DNA of 32,000 nucleotides from Nanobdellota archaeon (GTDB lineage Archaea; Nanobdellota; Nanobdellia; Nanobdellales; Nanobdellaceae): NCBI GenBank assembly GCA_042850255.1, contig AP031373.1, positions 300,001 to 332,000 of the forward strand, read 5' to 3'. Shown piece by piece: positions 29,901 to 32,000 of this stretch (position 1 is its first letter; each line of letters starts with the position of its first letter). The notes under the pieces were generated by a model. It saw only the letters and a program-made list of their open reading frames with translations, ran no database searches and was not told where the DNA came from. The position numbers and the translations under genes were made by a program.

Positions 29901-31187
29901 ATGATAAATAAAGAAATGGTAAAAAGGTATATAGTAAATTTTCATCAAAAAGACTTTTCTAATATAAAGAAAAGAGAATTAAAAATTGAAAAAATAAAGG
30001 ATAAAGCAATATCTATAGTTGGACCTAGAAGAGTTGGAAAAACTTATCTTTTATTTTCATTAATGGATAATCCTGAAAATTATATATACATAGATTTTGA
30101 AAATCCTGTTTTTTATAATTCTACACCAGAGGATATAATATTTATTTTAGAAGCTTACAAAGAATTGTATCCTGGTAAAAAACCTATTGTATTCTTAGAT
30201 GAAGTACAAAATGTAAAAGATTGGGAAAGAATGGTTAGATATTTATTGGATGAAAATATCGAAACATTTGTTACAGGTTCTTCTTCTAAATTATTATCAA
30301 AAGAAATTGCTACACAATTAAGGGGAAGATCTATAACTTATTATTTATTTACTTTGTCTTTTAGAGAGTTTTTAGAATTTAAGGATATAAAGTATAAAGG
30401 AAAAGAATTTTACGAAAATTATGAAAAAATAAAGAAATTAATAAGAGAATATTTATACTATGGAGCATATCCAGAAGTTGTAATTAATGAACAAAAAGAA
30501 AGAATATTAAATGAATACTTAGAATTAATTATTAAGAAAGATATATTGGAAAGATATAAAATAAAAAATATAAATTTAGTAAATGAATTAATTTACTTTT
30601 CTATAAATAATTATTCAAGATATATATCTTATGATTCTCTATTTAAATTATTAAAACAAAAAATTAATGTTACTAAGAAAACTATAATAGATTATCTATC
30701 ATATTTTGAAGATGCACTATTATTTTTTCTTGTAAGAAAATATTATCCATCAGTTAAACAAAGAATCATTTCTCCTAGAAAAATTTATTTAATAGATACA
30801 GGTTATGGGATATTTGGAGAGAAAAGTATTTCTAAAGATATGGAAAATATAGTCTTCTTAGAATTATTAAGAAATAAGTATTATAGATCAATATTGCAGG
30901 AGATATATTATTTCCAAACAAAGGAAGGATATGAAATAGATTTTTTAATAAAAGAAGGTAACAAAATTGCTAAATTAATTAATGTTAGTTATGTTAATAA
31001 TTTTGATGAAATAGATAAAAGAGAAATTAGATCTCTAATTCATTCTTATGAATTATTTAAAGAACATAATCCAGAATTAATAATTATTACCTGGGATTAT
31101 GAAGATGAAAAAGAAATATCGTGGTTCAATAAAAAGGGAAAAATTAAATTTATACCTTTATGGAAATGGTTGTTAAATATTCAATAA
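29901..31187 (+). CDS. AAA+ ATPase of the COG1373 type, paralog 3
   Basis: Walker A is 'IVGPRRVGKTY' and Walker B is 'VFLDEVQNVKDWE'. 'VTGSSSKLLSKEIATQLRGR' and 'YEIDFLIKEGNK' are present. Length is 428 aa. Confidence 0.8.
   Translation: MINKEMVKRYIVNFHQKDFSNIKKRELKIEKIKDKAISIVGPRRVGKTYLLFSLMDNPENYIYIDFENPVFYNSTPEDIIFILEAYKELYPGKKPIVFLDEVQNVKDWERMVRYLLDENIETFVTGSSSKLLSKEIATQLRGRSITYYLFTLSFREFLEFKDIKYKGKEFYENYEKIKKLIREYLYYGAYPEVVINEQKERILNEYLELIIKKDILERYKIKNINLVNELIYFSINNYSRYISYDSLFKLLKQKINVTKKTIIDYLSYFEDALLFFLVRKYYPSVKQRIISPRKIYLIDTGYGIFGEKSISKDMENIVFLELLRNKYYRSILQEIYYFQTKEGYEIDFLIKEGNKIAKLINVSYVNNFDEIDKREIRSLIHSYELFKEHNPELIIITWDYEDEKEISWFNKKGKIKFIPLWKWLLNIQ
30271..30325 (+). repeat. 55-nt block 100% identical to 26711-26765
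   Basis: This is the partner of the block above. It encodes (I/V)TGSSSKLLSKEIATQLRG. Confidence 0.9.
30931..31187 (+). repeat. 3'-terminal cassette of paralog 3, the partner of 27371-27624
   Basis: See the partner entry. This copy has one extra codon before its stop (NIQ* versus NI*). Confidence 0.85.
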
Positions 31188-31419
31188 TTTACATCTTCTC
31201 TTCTACTAATATCTAATATTTTTATTTCTTTGCTATTTTTATCAATTTCATAAACTATTCTACAATCTACTATCCTTACTCTATACCTATTACTATAACC
31301 TTTTAATTTTTTAATATCTAGTAAAGGACTAAAAGAGTTATTTTCTAATTCGTTAATTACTTCCTCAATTTTTCAATATACCTTCTTAAATTTTCATCTT
31401 TTTTTATATTTCTCTTTAT
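31181..31419 (-). pseudogene. RelE/ParE-family toxin remnant (frameshifted, with no start codon)
   Basis: The minus-strand frame ending at the TGA (31181-31183) reads 'KIEEVINELENNSFSPLLDIKKLKGYSNRYRVRIVDCRIVYEIDKNSKEIKILDISRREDVNY*'. This matches the RelE pattern (kkLkG....yRvRvGdYRiiYeI......i.il.i.hR..vY). The upstream part 'IKRNIKKDENLRRYIEKLRK*' is in another frame, and the switch falls at the A5 run (plus-strand T5, 31369-31373). There is no Met codon. The 3' end overlaps the stop of ATPase paralog 3. Confidence 0.5.
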
Positions 31420-31427
31420 TTATTATT

Positions 31428-31970
31428 TTAAATATCTTCAGATTCTTCTATAAATAGATCAGAAGATAATAAGACTTCATTAGATAATTTTTCTATATAA
31501 TCTTTATAATTCAATACTTTTTCTTTATTTTTTAAATATAATAACATCCATAAACTTAATTCTATTTCTTTAAATATTTTGTCTATATTTTTTAATACTT
31601 GTTCAAAATATTTTTCTTTATTTTCTTTATAATATTTTGTCTTCCAATATTCAAATGTTATTATACTATTTAGTATTTCTCTTAATAATTCGTCTTTTTC
31701 TTCCTTTATTTTTATATATACTTCTTTTATATCTTCTTCCTTTGAATTATTTATATTTAAATCATAATAATATTTAGAAAGCAATATTATGAAATTAATG
31801 ATATTTGATTTTACAGAATAAATTAGATCATTACTTTCCAATAATAAATTAAGAAAATTATCAATTTCTTTTGGAATATTGTTTAGTTCTATTCTATATA
31901 CTTGTAGTAAAGAAACTTCCATATATTTTATTATATTCTTTAGATATCTTATAAGAGAAAATATATACAA
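31428..31970 (-). CDS. Hypothetical protein (helical, Lys/Glu/Asn-rich)
   Basis: This is a 180-aa open frame with no recognisable motif. The start may be the internal Met17 (MEVSLLQ...). It ends 8 nt upstream of the RelE-like remnant. Confidence 0.4.
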   Translation of the reverse strand: MYIFSLIRYLKNIIKYMEVSLLQVYRIELNNIPKEIDNFLNLLLESNDLIYSVKSNIINFIILLSKYYYDLNINNSKEEDIKEVYIKIKEEKDELLREILNSIITFEYWKTKYYKENKEKYFEQVLKNIDKIFKEIELSLWMLLYLKNKEKVLNYKDYIEKLSNEVLLSSDLFIEESEDI

Positions 31971-32000
31971 AAAGATAGCATTCTTTATAATATTATACTC

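Noticed and set aside
1-32000. CRISPR arrays, IS elements or transposases, integrases, rRNA genes, and additional or split tRNA halves
   Set aside because: I saw no regularly spaced direct repeats and no transposase or integrase motifs in any listed ORF. Scanning for GC-rich islands, which stand out sharply in this AT-rich sequence, revealed only the two tRNA genes.

Overview
The window is extremely AT-rich (about a quarter GC by eye) and tightly packed. It is clearly archaeal. By motif recognition it carries MCM, TBP, proteasome beta, aCPSF1, EF-1alpha, aIF-1A, aIF-2beta, Nop5 and fibrillarin, uS10, IleRS, ArgRS, thymidylate kinase and a type IA topoisomerase. The only GC-rich islands are two tRNA genes: an intron-containing tRNA-Ile(UAU) and a tRNA-Trp(CCA). 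Several traits together suggest a reduced DPANN/Nanoarchaeota-like genome, which is inference because no database search was possible. These traits are the AT-richness, 4-nt ATGA gene overlaps, scrambled universal operons (tuf is not next to rps10) and the UAU isoleucine tRNA. Positions 1-25000 are mostly housekeeping genes, with a few unusual inserts. These are a 435-aa protein whose C-terminus carries an ordered R / S-x-S / aromatic-x-x-E-x-E motif set typical of ADP-ribosyltransferase toxins, a vapBC pair with a frameshifted toxin, a divergent GH1-like protein, a DsbA-like exported oxidoreductase, two tandem pilin-like genes and a 39-aa hyper-acidic Trp-rich micro-ORF. From about 25000 to the right edge lies an accessory island. 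It holds two hypothetical proteins, a small C2H2 zinc-finger protein, three COG1373-type AAA+ ATPase paralogs with mosaic near-identical nucleotide blocks, a decayed HEPN-MNT pair and a RelE-like remnant. I found no CRISPR array, transposase, integrase or rRNA. All functional calls rest on hand motif recognition and the supplied ORF track. None is confirmed by HMM or BLAST.
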